A stretch of 64,000 bases of DNA from Eledone cirrhosa (taxonomy: Eukaryota), in contig OZ024744.1 in NCBI GenBank assembly GCA_964016885.1, positions 62,124,001 through 62,188,000 of the forward strand. The letters are read 5' to 3'. This document shows, piece after piece, positions 42,721 through 55,435 of this stretch (its first letter is position 1; each line of letters starts with the position of its first letter). The notes under the pieces are model-generated. The model saw only the letters and a program-made list of their open reading frames with translations, did not search any database and was not told the origin of the DNA. The position numbers and the translations under genes are program-made.

Positions 42721-45101
42721 TTAGCTGTATACTTTATGGGATGTTCTATGGAGCAGAGCAAAAATAAATCCGTACGTCTATTTATTATAGAATTAAAATT
42801 AGATATAATGGTAAATTTCTCGGCTAGGCAGAGATTTCATGTTCTGGATAGGGAGGAATTCAGGAAAGGAAAGGCGCAGCAAAGAGATGTTATAGTTAAT
42901 ATTTTTGTCTTTTAAGGACCATATGAGTTCCGAGAGTGCCGTGTTAGTTCTTTTAAGTTGGTATTTAAAAGACGATTTGTGATTATAAAATCTTGCTTTA
43001 AAGGAAGTGGAAGTGGAACCAAAATAGGTAAAAGAATTAGTACCAGTTATAACCTTACATTCATACACTAAGTTTTTATCAAGACATTGGTTATTAAGAG
43101 GACATTTAGTTCTAACAGGGCAATTACAATTACGATTAGAGAAATTAACAGAGTTATTAACAAGTGATCTAGTATTATTTATAGAAGGAATTGGATTGGA
43201 GAAGTTATTTACGATAGGAACTATAGTTTCCTGATTTAGATTGGTATTATGAACATTCAACGAAGTTACGTTTGACGTCGTATTTAAATTTACTGAATCT
43301 AGCCTAGAGTTAATATTGACGTCGGGATTACTACTGCTATTATTATGACTCTTAGTGTTGGGGGGATCTAATTTATTACTTAATATTTTATTATTGTGTT
43401 TAGAGATAATGTTAGAGATGTTGGAAGTTGTGGGATAAGAAAATTTCATTGTATGTTTGTTAAAGATTTTACTATAGATATGCGATGGAGGGAAGCATTT
43501 ATCTAAGGCCCTAAAGAATAGTTTAGGAATATTATTTGTGATAGAGAAAAATGAGCATTATACCAAATCATATTTTTGTATCTAGGTCTTTTATTTAAGT
43601 TATTGGAGTGTTCATAATTAACTATTTTACTATAAGTCCTTCGATGATTGGTTTCTTTACTGTATTTAATTTTATCAGGATAACCGGCTTTGGAAAGTGC
43701 ATTATTATAGTAATTGGCATTAGCGTCGAAGATAACTTTATTAGAAGATAGATTTGAGATTCTTTTTTCAATATTACTGACTATAGCATTTTTAACGTTA
43801 GTGGGGTGGTTAGATTTAAAATTAACATAATTTAGATTCTCATTGTTTTTATGGTAAGGGTAATATAGGCCAGTGTCAAGATTAAGGGATATATCCAAGA
43901 AGTTAGCTAGTTTGACGTTGTTATCAAATTCAATTTTAAGGTTATGGTGCTTAAATAGATCAAGTATATTGTTCTTAATAATATTAAGGTTAACTAAGTT
44001 ACAGTCCAAGATAGTAAAAAGGGCACGATAAATTCCACCGAAGTTGAGGAATTTTCCGATTTAAAGAATACAGAATAAAGATACCAATCAAATCCGTCAA
44101 TTGCGATGAATCGAAAGCACCCATTGTGATATCAAAATTGTTGGAAGTATCGGCTCTAGTCCAGTATTCATTGTTGAATTCCAAGATAGTTTTTCTTGCG
44201 GTGAGAATGATGTAAAGTTCATCGGTGGTAATGTCAGAATATTTAAATGCGAAAGATAGAGCATTGTTGAGGAGTGAAGGCGAAATGGAAGAATAGTAAC
44301 TGGCAATGTCAAACTGAATAAATTTTTGTTTGTTTTTATTATTCAGGTCATTGAACCAGCCAATTACTTCAGATGTACCAATCCATAAATTTAAGTTAGA
44401 ATTAGAGCAATTAGAACGAACCTGTGGGATAATTCTATCCAAGATGGATTTACTAACAACCACCCAGATCTGATTTAGAGGGGGGCGATTAGTCTAACAG
44501 GCAGTTCCGTTCGAAAGTTACTTTTATGATCCTTGAGATTTATCCTTGGAGTTCTTGGGAAGAATGGTTCGGTCTTTTTCTCGATGCCAAGTTTAGACAA
44601 TCTCAGAAGCTTCCAAGTTTATAGATTCCAAATTGTCATGGTTAGTTTTACGATAATTCTTCCTTGGTTCCTTTAGGATAAGGTTATTATACTTATCTTT
44701 AGATACGCCATATAAATTATTAGTTTTTGTCGGAGTGGACTAAGACATTTTTAGAGGAATTAAGGTCCAAGATCATATTCCTGAGATTTATAAGGTGCTC
44801 CTGTTCTCTATAAGGGTTTCTCTTGAATTTAAGACCTCTTATAATATTAGTTTAATTCTTCCTCAAACTGCATTAGATTTTTGTTGGGAAGGAGTATTTC
44901 TTCTAGAGTTAAATAAACGATCAAAATTGTTATGTTCCTTAGTATAGAAAATTTCCTTTTTGACGCTGGTCAGGGAAAAAAGCGATCCATCTAAGCCTTC
45001 TCACAAAAGAGTCAGTTTTTTCAATCAGGAAGTTTAGTGAATTCAGATTTACCAGGTATAGGAATGTCTTTAATTGAAGTTGTTATGTTGTAATACTCCA
45101 T
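42721..45101 (-). pseudogene. Penelope-like RT + GIY-YIG endonuclease ORF, frameshifted
   Basis: MEYYNITTSIKDIPIP, LIEKTD..VRRLRW, PVRLIAP, FIQFDIASYYSSI, FDITMGAFD, GIYR(DD missing)AL, NFLDISLNL, SNHP, CNCPVRTKCPL..CL, LVYECKV, YFGST..FKARFYNH, *NLCLAEK. Confidence 0.92.
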
Positions 45102-45569
45102 GTTATAGAAGAAAAAATTAGAGACCATCAAAGGTATCCGATATGAGAGTTAGCGCTCAAACAGTCAAGCTATTGTGTTTTTGAAATTGCGCATAATTAA
45201 AATACTTGGAACTCTTTTAACCATCTTTTGATCTTATATTATTTTATACTCCAGTCCTATAAACTGTAGAGTGTTACTTATCCGATATTTTGCATTGCTT
45301 TATTGTGCTACAATAAAACTCACCTCCTACATAATATATACATATATATAGATTACACAAGTATCAAATATAAGTATGTATACGTACATACATATATGTA
45401 TACAAATGTACAGTAGTATGTATATATATATACATATATGCACACATATATATGTACGTATGGATTCACCGAACATTTATTATAATGCTCGGTGTGTTTG
45501 TAAACAAACATCTCCGTATTAAGCCGTAGTGTCTAGCAACCATCGTTGCTCGTTTGTTCAACACTGACA

Positions 45570-45595
45570 AAGGAACACTGTACATGTAGGTGCAA

Positions 45596-45633
<38 letters not shown>

Positions 45634-45795
45634 CACCCAGTACTTGTAAATGAAGTTGGTGTTATGATTTTGTCAAGACAAAATCAGTTCTGTATGAGCA
45701 AGACATGGTCACCTGATCTAGCATTGCCCACAACAGGATAACTCCTCTAATCCATTCTAACATGGAAGAATAAGCGTAAAACGGTGATGATGATA
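45570..45795 (+). mobile_element. RTE-3'-end-related element with expanded internal poly(A)
   Basis: CATGTAGGTG..(A)n GCACCCAG...GTTCTGTATGAGCAAGACATGGTCACC...AACGGTGATGATGAT. Confidence 0.7.
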
Positions 45796-45944
45796 GATAA
45801 ATATTGGAGGGGGGGGGGGGGTATTAAGGTGCTTCATTCAACAATTATTTTTTTTATAAACAAGTACAGCAGTTGCTGAGAAGTACGAATAATGTATGAG
45901 GTACGAATTTTCACCGACTGACTGACCAAATTAAGAATTACATC

Positions 45945-46162
45945 TTAACCTTTTAGCATTTACATTACTCTATATTTATTATTATATTTTATTGCTAAAG
46001 GCTTTATTTCACATAATTACCTCAAATAATATTGAATCTATGAGATTTTGATGTTATTTATTTTGAGAACAATACCATAACATCAGTATGAGCAGCCAGT
46101 TACAGTCAGTTTGAACAGAAAGAGGTGAGAGAATTCTGGCTGGATATGGCCGGTTTTAATGC
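45945..46162. mobile_element. MITE family A, right end clipped
   Basis: TTAACCTTTTAGCATTTACATTACTC...GGATATGGCCGGTTTTAATGC. Confidence 0.82.
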
Positions 46163-46500
46163 AGTTTTTAAAAAATCTATTTACTAGTCTAATACCTTAA
46201 TTAATCAGATGTATTAATAATTAATTACTAATTGAAACCCATAATAAGAGAACAGTTCATTGGAATGGCAGCCAAGGGTTGCCAGGTGAAATGCATAAAA
46301 AGTGTCACAGTATGTTATATATCATCAGCATCCTTTTATGTCCATTTTTCCATGCTTCATTATTTCCTCTGTAAGGTTCAGCATTTCGTGATCCTTTCTA
46401 ACCACTTCTACCCGGGTCTTTGGCCTTCTAGTGATAATTCCTTCCATTAGGCAGAAACCCCTGGCACATTTTCACCCAATGATGATGATGAATATATATA

Positions 46501-46547
46501 GTCCCACCCTTGCAAGCAGGGAAAAGCGGACGTAAAATGATGATGAT
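46501..46547 (+). mobile_element. Isolated second-family RTE 3' terminus in TA context
   Basis: GTCCCACCCTTGCAAGCAGGGAAAAGCGGACGTAAAATGATGATGAT. Confidence 0.85.
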
Positions 46548-47849
46548 ATATACACACATAAATACGTACATACAGAGAGAGAAAGAGAAAACAAGTTGGG
46601 CTACAGCTACAGAACTGTCTGGTATACGGCAAATGTGACCTATGGGAATCACTCACATTTGCCATATACCAGACAGTTTTGTTAACCATTACACCAAAGT
46701 TAGACTGTAGTTTTTAAGCCTTATCTTTGTAATGACACACCTGAGCTGTTAATGTAATGACACACCTGATCAGTTAATGAAATGACATATTACTGAGCAG
46801 TTATTTATATCTGATAAAAAAAATTAAAAAAAATCTACTTATACTGGAAGAAAATAGCAGCTGTGTGAATTATAAATTATTTCATACAGATTTTTCCCCT
46901 TCCCATCATTTACATATAGCAGCAATACGAGTTGAAATAGTAGTCATATAAAAACATTTGTTGTAAAACAAGTAATTCACATATGTCCATGAATGTTAGA
47001 AAAAGAAGAATGGAATATTGTTTACAAAAAATTCCTAATCATTATATAATCAATAACATATCAACCAGATCAGTTAGAATCTATCTACACATACACACAT
47101 CAAATGAAAAAAAAAATATTGATAAAATTATGAAAAATGCATATATCAAATTTACATAAAATCATGTTTACAAACAAAAGACAAGCATTTTTAAAACATC
47201 TGCCAGAATTTTGTTTTCCATTTGCTCAAAGTTTCTCATAAGGAAAATACACTACCATATAAACTTGTGTAATATGTTGCAGCTTTTAATCCATCATCTG
47301 ACTTATCTACTAGGCCTCCAAAATTCGAATTCAAAATATATGGTATATCATCATTATGATGTCTGCTTTCCATGCTGGTGTGGATTGGACCAGTTATGGT
47401 TCAAGAACCAACAGAGTTGAGCGACCTTAATTTCCCCATATGTTCAATAATTGGCATAGTTTCTAAGGCTAAATGCCCTTCTTAATGCCAATCAAAATGG
47501 AGGTGTCATTTATACACGAATCATTATCATTTAATATCCATTTTCTCTGCAGCAAAAGTTGAATGGGTTTTCACAAACTAAATCAGTACTTAGTTGGAGC
47601 CACTGGCATCTCAGATGGGCCGATGGCTACCACTCACATATGATATGGCAATTAATAAAATGTAAATGAATGGTGCTTGTCATAATTCATTTACATAATG
47701 GTAAAAGAGTCCTCACATTAATAACTTTTTTCTTCTCATTTGAAAGAAGTTTAATAGTTTTATTTTACATACATATTTTGCAATATACAAGGAGAAACAT
47801 TTTTTTTAAATAATGAGAAAAAGGGGAAAGGGCTGTGGCTTTACACACC

Positions 47850-48137
47850 TGGCTAGGCAGTGAATAGCCAATAACACTTCTGCACTAGTCACATCACCTC
47901 ATGGAGCTCCTTCCACAGGTGGGATGCACTCCTCAGTTTTGTGGGAGAAAGCAGCAATCCAAAGACCAAGGACACTATTGATCTTCATGGCAGCTGGCTT
48001 GAAAAGGTGTTGGTCAAGTGCTAGTATTCAAATATCTTCCAATCCTCTGCATTATGAGCAGCATTGTCCAGGTTTGTGGCCAAAGGGACAAGGTTGGAAC
48101 TGGAGAACATGTTGCCGCATGTAGGGTACATGGATGC
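47850..48137 (-). pseudogene. Remnant of restriction-like endonuclease C-terminus of a CRE-like non-LTR element
   Basis: Minus strand TCGNMFSSSNL...AAHNAEDWKIFEY*HL / FKPAAMKINSVLG...GAP resembles the TC.DT...AA..AE..K..KY..L...F.P.A.ET.G..G pattern. Confidence 0.5.
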
Positions 48138-48175
48138 AGTCAAATTTATCTCCGTGTATGTGTGCATGCATATAT

Positions 48176-48530
48176 ATAAAGTGGTCGTGTAGGTGTCACA
48201 ACAAAAAGCACCCAGCCCACACTGTAAAGTGGTCATGTAGCACTCACGACAAAAAACACCCAGCCCATGCTGTAAAATGGTTGTGTAGCAGGCATGACAA
48301 AAACACCCATCCCACACTGGAAAAGTGGTCATGTGGGTGTCATGATAAAAAGCACCCACCACACACTGTAAATGTGATTGGCATTAGGAAGGTCATCCAG
48401 CTGTAGAAACCAAGCCACAAACAGTTCTATATAAGCAAGAAATGGCCATCTGACCCAACTTACCTCAAATGGGACAACCCATCTAACCCATGCTAGCGTG
48501 GAAAGTGAACGTTAAACGATGATGATGATA
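48176..48530 (+). mobile_element. RTE-UTR-type element with four about 48-bp tandem units, stem-loop and GAT tail
   Basis: Repeated TGTAAAGTGGTCRTGTAG...ACAAAAAGCACCCAGCCCACAC; ends AACCCATGCTAGCGTGGAAAGTGAACGTTAAACGATGATGATGAT. Confidence 0.85.
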
Positions 48531-48846
48531 TAGTCTTGGTATGAAGTTACAACCAACAGCAGACACTTCAATAACTTGGGATAAGGATGGATGATACCGA
48601 TGCAGTGTTAAATAACAAAACTAGTATGTGTGCGTCTAATTTGATAAAAACACACAGACACTAAAAAAAAATCTGAGAATAAACATTGTAATTTAAGATG
48701 TTTTTGGTATATGACATGACATGAATATCTTACTGGTATGCTGATTTAGCCAATGTCAGATATCTATATATAAATTTGAGCAACTTCCGTCCATCACACA
48801 ATGTGAATGTATGTATTTGTGAAAGGAAGGGGATGGTGAGAAAACA

Positions 48847-49155
48847 GTGTGTGAATGTGTGTGCGTGTAAAGGTGTGTGTGTATGCATGTAAACTTGTGT
48901 GAGTGTGTGTGTGTGTGTGTGTGTGAATTTGTGTGTGCGTGAATGTGTGTGTGAATGTGTGTGAATGTATGTGTATGTATTTGTGTGAGTGTGTGTGAAT
49001 GTATGTGTATGTATTTGTGTGAGTGTGCGTGTGTGTATTTGTGTGAGTGTATGTGTGTGTATTTCTGTGAGTGTGTGTGCGCGCGCGAATGTGTGTGTGT
49101 GTATTTGTGTGAATGTATGTGTATATTTCTGTGAGTGTATGTGTGTGTGTGTGTA

Positions 49156-49207
<52 letters not shown>

Positions 49208-49565
49208 TGTATTTGTGTGAATGTATGTGTGTATATTTCTGTGAGTATGTGTGTGTGTATTTGTGTGAATGTATGTGTGTATATTTCTGTGAGTATGTGT
49301 GTGTGTGTATTTGTGTGAATGTATGTGTGTGTTTTTGTGTGAATATATGTGTATATTTCTGTGAGTATGTGTGTGTGTATTTGTGTGAATGTATGTGTAT
49401 ATGTGTGAATGTATGTGTATTTGTGTGAATGTATGTGTATATGTGTGAATGTATGTGTATATGTGTGAATGTATGTGTATTTGTGTGAATGTATGTGTAT
49501 TTGTGTGAATGTATGTGTATTTGTGTGAATGTATGTCAGTGTATTTTTGTAAATGTGTCTGTGTT
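48847..49565. repeat. (GT)n-derived compound satellite with 20-bp unit TTGTGTGAATGTATGTGTAT
   Basis: Direct reading. Confidence 0.92.
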
Positions 49566-49880
49566 TGCACGTTTATATTTATATAGTCATACATATAAAT
49601 GTATGCAATATGCACATATACACATAAGTGTCAGCGTGTTGAAAAATTCTAGTAAAATTAAAAAAATAAAAAGTCAACACTGGAGAAAACAGGACTGCCA
49701 GTCTTCAAACATGATAATGTAAAGATTTTATTCTAAGACAACTCTATACACAATTCTTCTTATAAGCACCACCACCGCCACTATCGTTGTAGCTGCTCCT
49801 ACTACTGTAAATAGTTGCCATATTGTTACTGTCATCATCCTTAATAATACTAATAAAGCTATATTATTATTACTATAACT

Positions 49881-50073
49881 GGGTGGTGGATTGGCAGTAT
49901 CGGTAGAGGGTCGGACACCATGCTTTCCAGCATAGTTACGTCCCTTTACGATCTGAGTTCAAATCCCGCCGAGGTTGACTTTGCCTTTCATCCTTACGGG
50001 GTCGATAAAATAAAGTACCAGTAATGCACTGGATTATTGCTGGCCTTGTGCCAAAAGTAGAAACAATTATTAT
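49881..50073 (+). mobile_element. Full-length SINE S1 (reference copy)
   Basis: A box TGGCAGTATCGG, B box GAGTTCAAATCC, central GAGGTTGACTTTGCCTTTCATCCTTACGGGGTCGATAAAATAAAGTACCAG, (ATT)n tail. Confidence 0.9.
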
Positions 50074-50276
50074 TTTTAATCCCCATAGTACAGAAATAAA
50101 ACACAAAATCAAGATAAATTTTTTCAGTTAAATTCTTTCAGATAAAAAAAATAAACAAACCTACCAAAAACAAAAATAACCTTTTTTTTTTCTTTTTTAA
50201 TAAACAACAAAAGCATATATTACATTTTTCTTAAGGGTCAGCATGGTGAAGTTAAGATAAATACCTTTTTTTGTCA

Positions 50277-50582
<306 letters not shown>

Positions 50583-51389
50583 TTGATGACATACTTAACC
50601 CTGTCACTTGATAGAATAGAAAAAGAATTTAGGTGCTAAAGAATAGAAATACATAAATAAATAAATATATTTACTGTTTCAAATTCAGCAGCTCACCCCT
50701 GAACTTTAGTGTACACCTGAATATCTTCAGGTGAGCTATATACCTTTCAAAAAGGTATCGTATCATAACATCTCTTTTCCGTTCTCTCTCTTCTCTTTGA
50801 TACCAAAATTAGCCTGCAGATTTTCTAACAGGGGGACTGCTTCAAACATACTAGACTGATAGAACTGAGTTTTCTAATGTTTCACATTTTCTTTGCATAC
50901 TTCAGCCCCAAAATAAAAAGGGATGTCAATTGCATATACATAAATGTATGTGTGTGTGTATACACACACACTGTGTGTGCGCGTATTAAATTTGAAATGT
51001 GTGCATTCCATTGCAAATTACCATACCATTATATAGTTGAGAAAATCAGGTAAAATACTCCAGAAAAGTGGACAAGTGCATCAGTCCACATTTTACATCT
51101 TCAGAAATTGATATTTATTAAGATCAAGTCAGCATCAGTTACTCTGAAGTTTCACCTGTGTGTGTGCACGCACGCACACGCTCACACACACTCACTCACT
51201 CACTCACTGCTTATAAAACCTAAGAAAGGGAATGCTGATGATGACAATGATGGTGGTGGGGCTGGTGATGGTGGTGACAGTGATCTTATGTAGATAAGCT
51301 TCTAATGACAACATTTATGAAAACCTAGATAATTATCGGATAATCTTTTAAGTGAGAAGAGACAGAGTGACAAAAGGGGAAAAGGGGAA

Positions 51390-51960
<571 letters not shown>

Positions 51961-52271
51961 GCACACATGTAAGTGTAACCTTACACTTTTCACAAAAAAA
52001 AAAAAAAAAAACATTTTTACATGAGCTTACAAAATTTGATCAGATAAATATAAAAATTTTGAAGATAAAACATTTTAATTTTTGTAATTAAAATAAGGCA
52101 TCTGTGAAGGAAGCTGTTAGATGAATTAAAAAAATAGTTTTAATGTTTTTTCAAAATGTGGGTGGGGGTTAGGAGAAGCTCAGTTATTAACATGAATCTG
52201 ATTAGGTGTAGAAGAATAAAAGAATAAGTTACTGCAGTAAATAAAAAGGTTTTAGAAGAAATATATAAATA

Positions 52272-52460
52272 TAATTAATTCTACTTTTGGTACAAGGCCA
52301 GCAATTATTCCATTGCATTACTGGTACTTTATTTTATCGACCCCGTAAGGATGAAAGGCAAAGTTAACCTCGGCGGGATTTGAACTCAGACCATAAAGGG
52401 CCGTAACTCTATACTGCAAAGCATGGCATCCGACCCTCTACCGATACAGCCAATCCACCG
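52272..52460 (-). mobile_element. Near full-length SINE S1
   Basis: Reverse complement of 49884-50070. Confidence 0.88.
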
Positions 52461-52585
52461 ATATAATATATTGCTAGGGATAAGGAGCTTTTTCTAAGAA
52501 TTATATAAATATATGGATTGTGAGGAAGAAAGTAATAATAAAAAAAGTATTTTCAGAAACAACAATTCAAGGAAACATGGAAGGC

Positions 52586-52636
<51 letters not shown>

Positions 52637-52841
52637 TAGTACACAATTGGTGGGATTTCAAGAGGGTTTCTTTTTTATATCAATACAAGAGAGAAAAGAT
52701 TAGATAGAGAGTAAATTGGCCAGTAAAAGAGGTTTGAAATCCTGCCACTAGATAGTAAGTGAAGTTAATAGTCAATATCTACTAGCAATTCTACATCTTA
52801 TCTTATCTTAACAGCTTTACAAATCACCAATGCTCATGTAA

Positions 52842-53025
52842 AGGCACGTGGCTTAGTGATTAGGATGTTAAAAACACAATCGTAAGATCATTGGTTCAAT
52901 TCCTGGACCAGATGCCGTGTTCAGTACTTGAGCAAGACACTTCATTTCACCTTGCTCCAGTCCACTCAAGAGAAAAAAAATGAGTACAAGCAGCAGCTAG
53001 TGGTTAACCTGTGCAACAGACTCAT
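52842..53025 (+). mobile_element. tRNA-derived CORE-like SINE
   Basis: GTGGCTTAGTG A box, GGTTCAATTCC B box, CTTGAGCAAGACACTT. Confidence 0.78.
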
Positions 53026-53571
53026 GATAGGACTGAGGCCCCTCATTAAAACACCGAAAATACCTCCTATGAGATACAACCTCTAGGTGGCCAACTACAC
53101 CTACATAGGTGTGAGCTGTTAAGACAACATACATATGAGGCCCCTATCATTAAAATACCTGAAAAACCCAAGATCCGCCCCCCCCCCCCCCCCCCCCCCA
53201 TACGAGGCTAGCTACATAAGAGTGAGCTGTAACAAACAAAAAAAATGTTCATAGAGACTTACAGACTAGTCTTACATTAGAAAGGTTTTTGTTTTGTTTT
53301 ATTTTATTTTTGTTTATATATTCTGATCTTTTATTTATTTTTCACTGGTTGTTTCCTTCCATACCAATTTACAACAATATACATGTTTTGTTTTGTTATT
53401 TTTTATCCTGTTATCACATTACGTCTTTATCATTCTAATTGCATACTATCAGCCAACACCTTTGATTTTTAGAAAACAATTCCCTTCTGTTTAAATATTC
53501 TTACAATGGGCTGGCTGTACTTAATGCATTTCTTTTTAGTCTTTCATTCGGGTAGACAGGTAGGTGAATGG

Positions 53572-54150
53572 AGGGGTAGATGCGCAGAAAGGGGTAGATG
53601 CGCAGAAAGGGGTAGATGCGCAGAAAGGGGTAGATGCGCAGAAAGGGGTAGATGCGCAGAAAGGGGTAGATGTGCAGAAGGGCAGATGCGCAGAAAGGGG
53701 TAGATGCGCAGAAAGGGGTAGATGCGCAGAAAGGGGTAGATGTGCAGAAGGGCAGATGCGCAGAAGGGCAGATGCGCAGAAGGGCAGATGCGCAGAAGGG
53801 CAGATGCACTGAAGGGCAGATGCATAGATTAGAAGTAGTAGAAGAGCATCATTGGTAGAAGAGAAGAAGGGGTTGATGGGTAGAAGGGGTGGATGAGTAG
53901 AAAGGGTGGATGAGTAGAAAGTGTGGATGGGTAGAAGGGGTTGATGGGTAGAAGGGGTTGATGGGTAGAAGGGGTTGATGGGTAGAAGGGGTTGATGAGT
54001 AGAAAAGGTGGATTAGAAGGGTAGATTAGTAGATTAGAAAGGTAGATGAGTAGAAAGGTAGAGGGTTAGAAAGGTAGATGAGTAGAAGGGCAGAGGGTTT
54101 GAGGGGTATATGAGTAGAGGGGTTGATGGGTAGATTAGTCGATGGGTAGA
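53572..54150. repeat. G-rich minisatellites: 18-bp GGGGTAGATGCGCAGAAA and 16-bp variant, then 17-bp GAAGGGGTTGATGGGTA
   Basis: Direct reading of tandem units. Confidence 0.92.
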
Positions 54151-55435
54151 CAGTATATACTCAAATATAATCCAAGGAATATGATATGTGACCCCTCCCT
54201 CAAAAAAAAAAATCAATAATATGGGGGTGGATATCAGAGTCAATATTTTGCCGATTTTCACCAACTTCAAATTCTATGTAAATAAGGTGCTGAAATATCT
54301 GGAATGATTATTTTACAATGAAGCAGTGTTTTACTACATCTACTATATTGTCGTTGGTGTTATTTATGCATTGCCTTGAGAACATTCCCAACAAATTTTT
54401 ATTATTTGAACTTTCTAATTCATAAATATCCCCTACACATATACACACCAACTGTTTTTCTGTGACTTAATTATACTTTTTCTTTCAATCTTGTTTTGTT
54501 TTGTTTTATTCTCTTTTTCTCACTCTACCTCTCCTCTCTGCCCCCCCCCCCCCCCCCCCTACCGCCTTCAACTGAATTATTAAACAATGTTCTCTTAGTT
54601 GATCTCTTTCAACTATTTCCTATTCATTTCAATTTCTCCCAAGTATTTTTAATAATCTCCATCACTGTTAAAGAAGATTTTTTTAAATAATACCTTAAAC
54701 TAAAATATATCTCCATTTTTTTTTTTATTATTAAATTAGAATATTCTCATGCATTTTTCTAAAAATCTTGGAGGGGTTGTCTTATTTTTACTTGGGGTTT
54801 TTGTCCATACTGCTGCTTTTAATTTAAAAAGTAATAGACACTGCTTAGTGGATTTGTGAAACAAAATAGTGGATTTCCGGTGATCTCAGAAAATTTTGAT
54901 GGTCTGCTGAAAAATTTGAACATTATTTGCATTTTTATGTTTTATTAATAATAAAACAAAAATAATATTCGGTTAAAATACATTTTATAACACCCCTAAA
55001 AAATGTTTCTCCTTAGTAAAGGACTAACATCCATGAAATAATTTTACACAGTCCTTCTCTCACCAAATATAAATAAACCTGTTACGAGGTACGAATATCA
55101 GAATTTGTCAACGCTTATTAATGGTCAGACCTCGTCGTCCCCTGCTAAGTGTAATGTAAATGCCATTTTTCTTATCTCTCTCTAGACTATAGGTCCATTC
55201 ATTCATATATCCGTATAATCGCCCAGAATCCAATCTTTTGCTCTCTCTCAATGCTATTCTATAATTCTATTAGGTTGTTTCTAAATAATCTTGTATTTTA
55301 AAACCCCATTATTCGCTTATTATTACTGTTATATGCTTGTACAATTATGCCCAAAATTCGAAGATTTCATTTAAACCCTCTCGCTAACTACCCCATACCT
55401 CTCCCACCCGCCACCATTATTATTAGGACCAATCA

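Larger units (their letters stand above)
41669..45330 (-). mobile_element. Penelope-like retroelement (Naiad-like), near full length, between (TA)-rich tracts
   Basis: RT plus C-terminal GIY-YIG remnants, about 1 kb 3' UTR, about 65-bp inverted termini (41669-41735 vs 45175-45242) with hammerhead motifs. Confidence 0.9.

Noticed and set aside
48176-48400. CRISPR-like regular repeats
   Set aside because: Whole units are repeated with no unique spacers, there are no cas genes, and the context is a eukaryotic retroelement UTR.
48794-49615. 273-aa His/Thr-rich ORF
   Set aside because: (GT)n-derived repeat.
49881-49970. tRNA gene
   Set aside because: A/B boxes belong to a multicopy SINE head; no cloverleaf.
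53501-53858. Repeat-peptide ORFs (GVDAQK, RIYPFL)
   Set aside because: Minisatellite open in several frames on both strands; no splice or domain evidence.
54215-54305. Tc1-like terminal sequence shared with about 24848-24912
   Set aside because: Only one end recognisable; cannot delimit an element.
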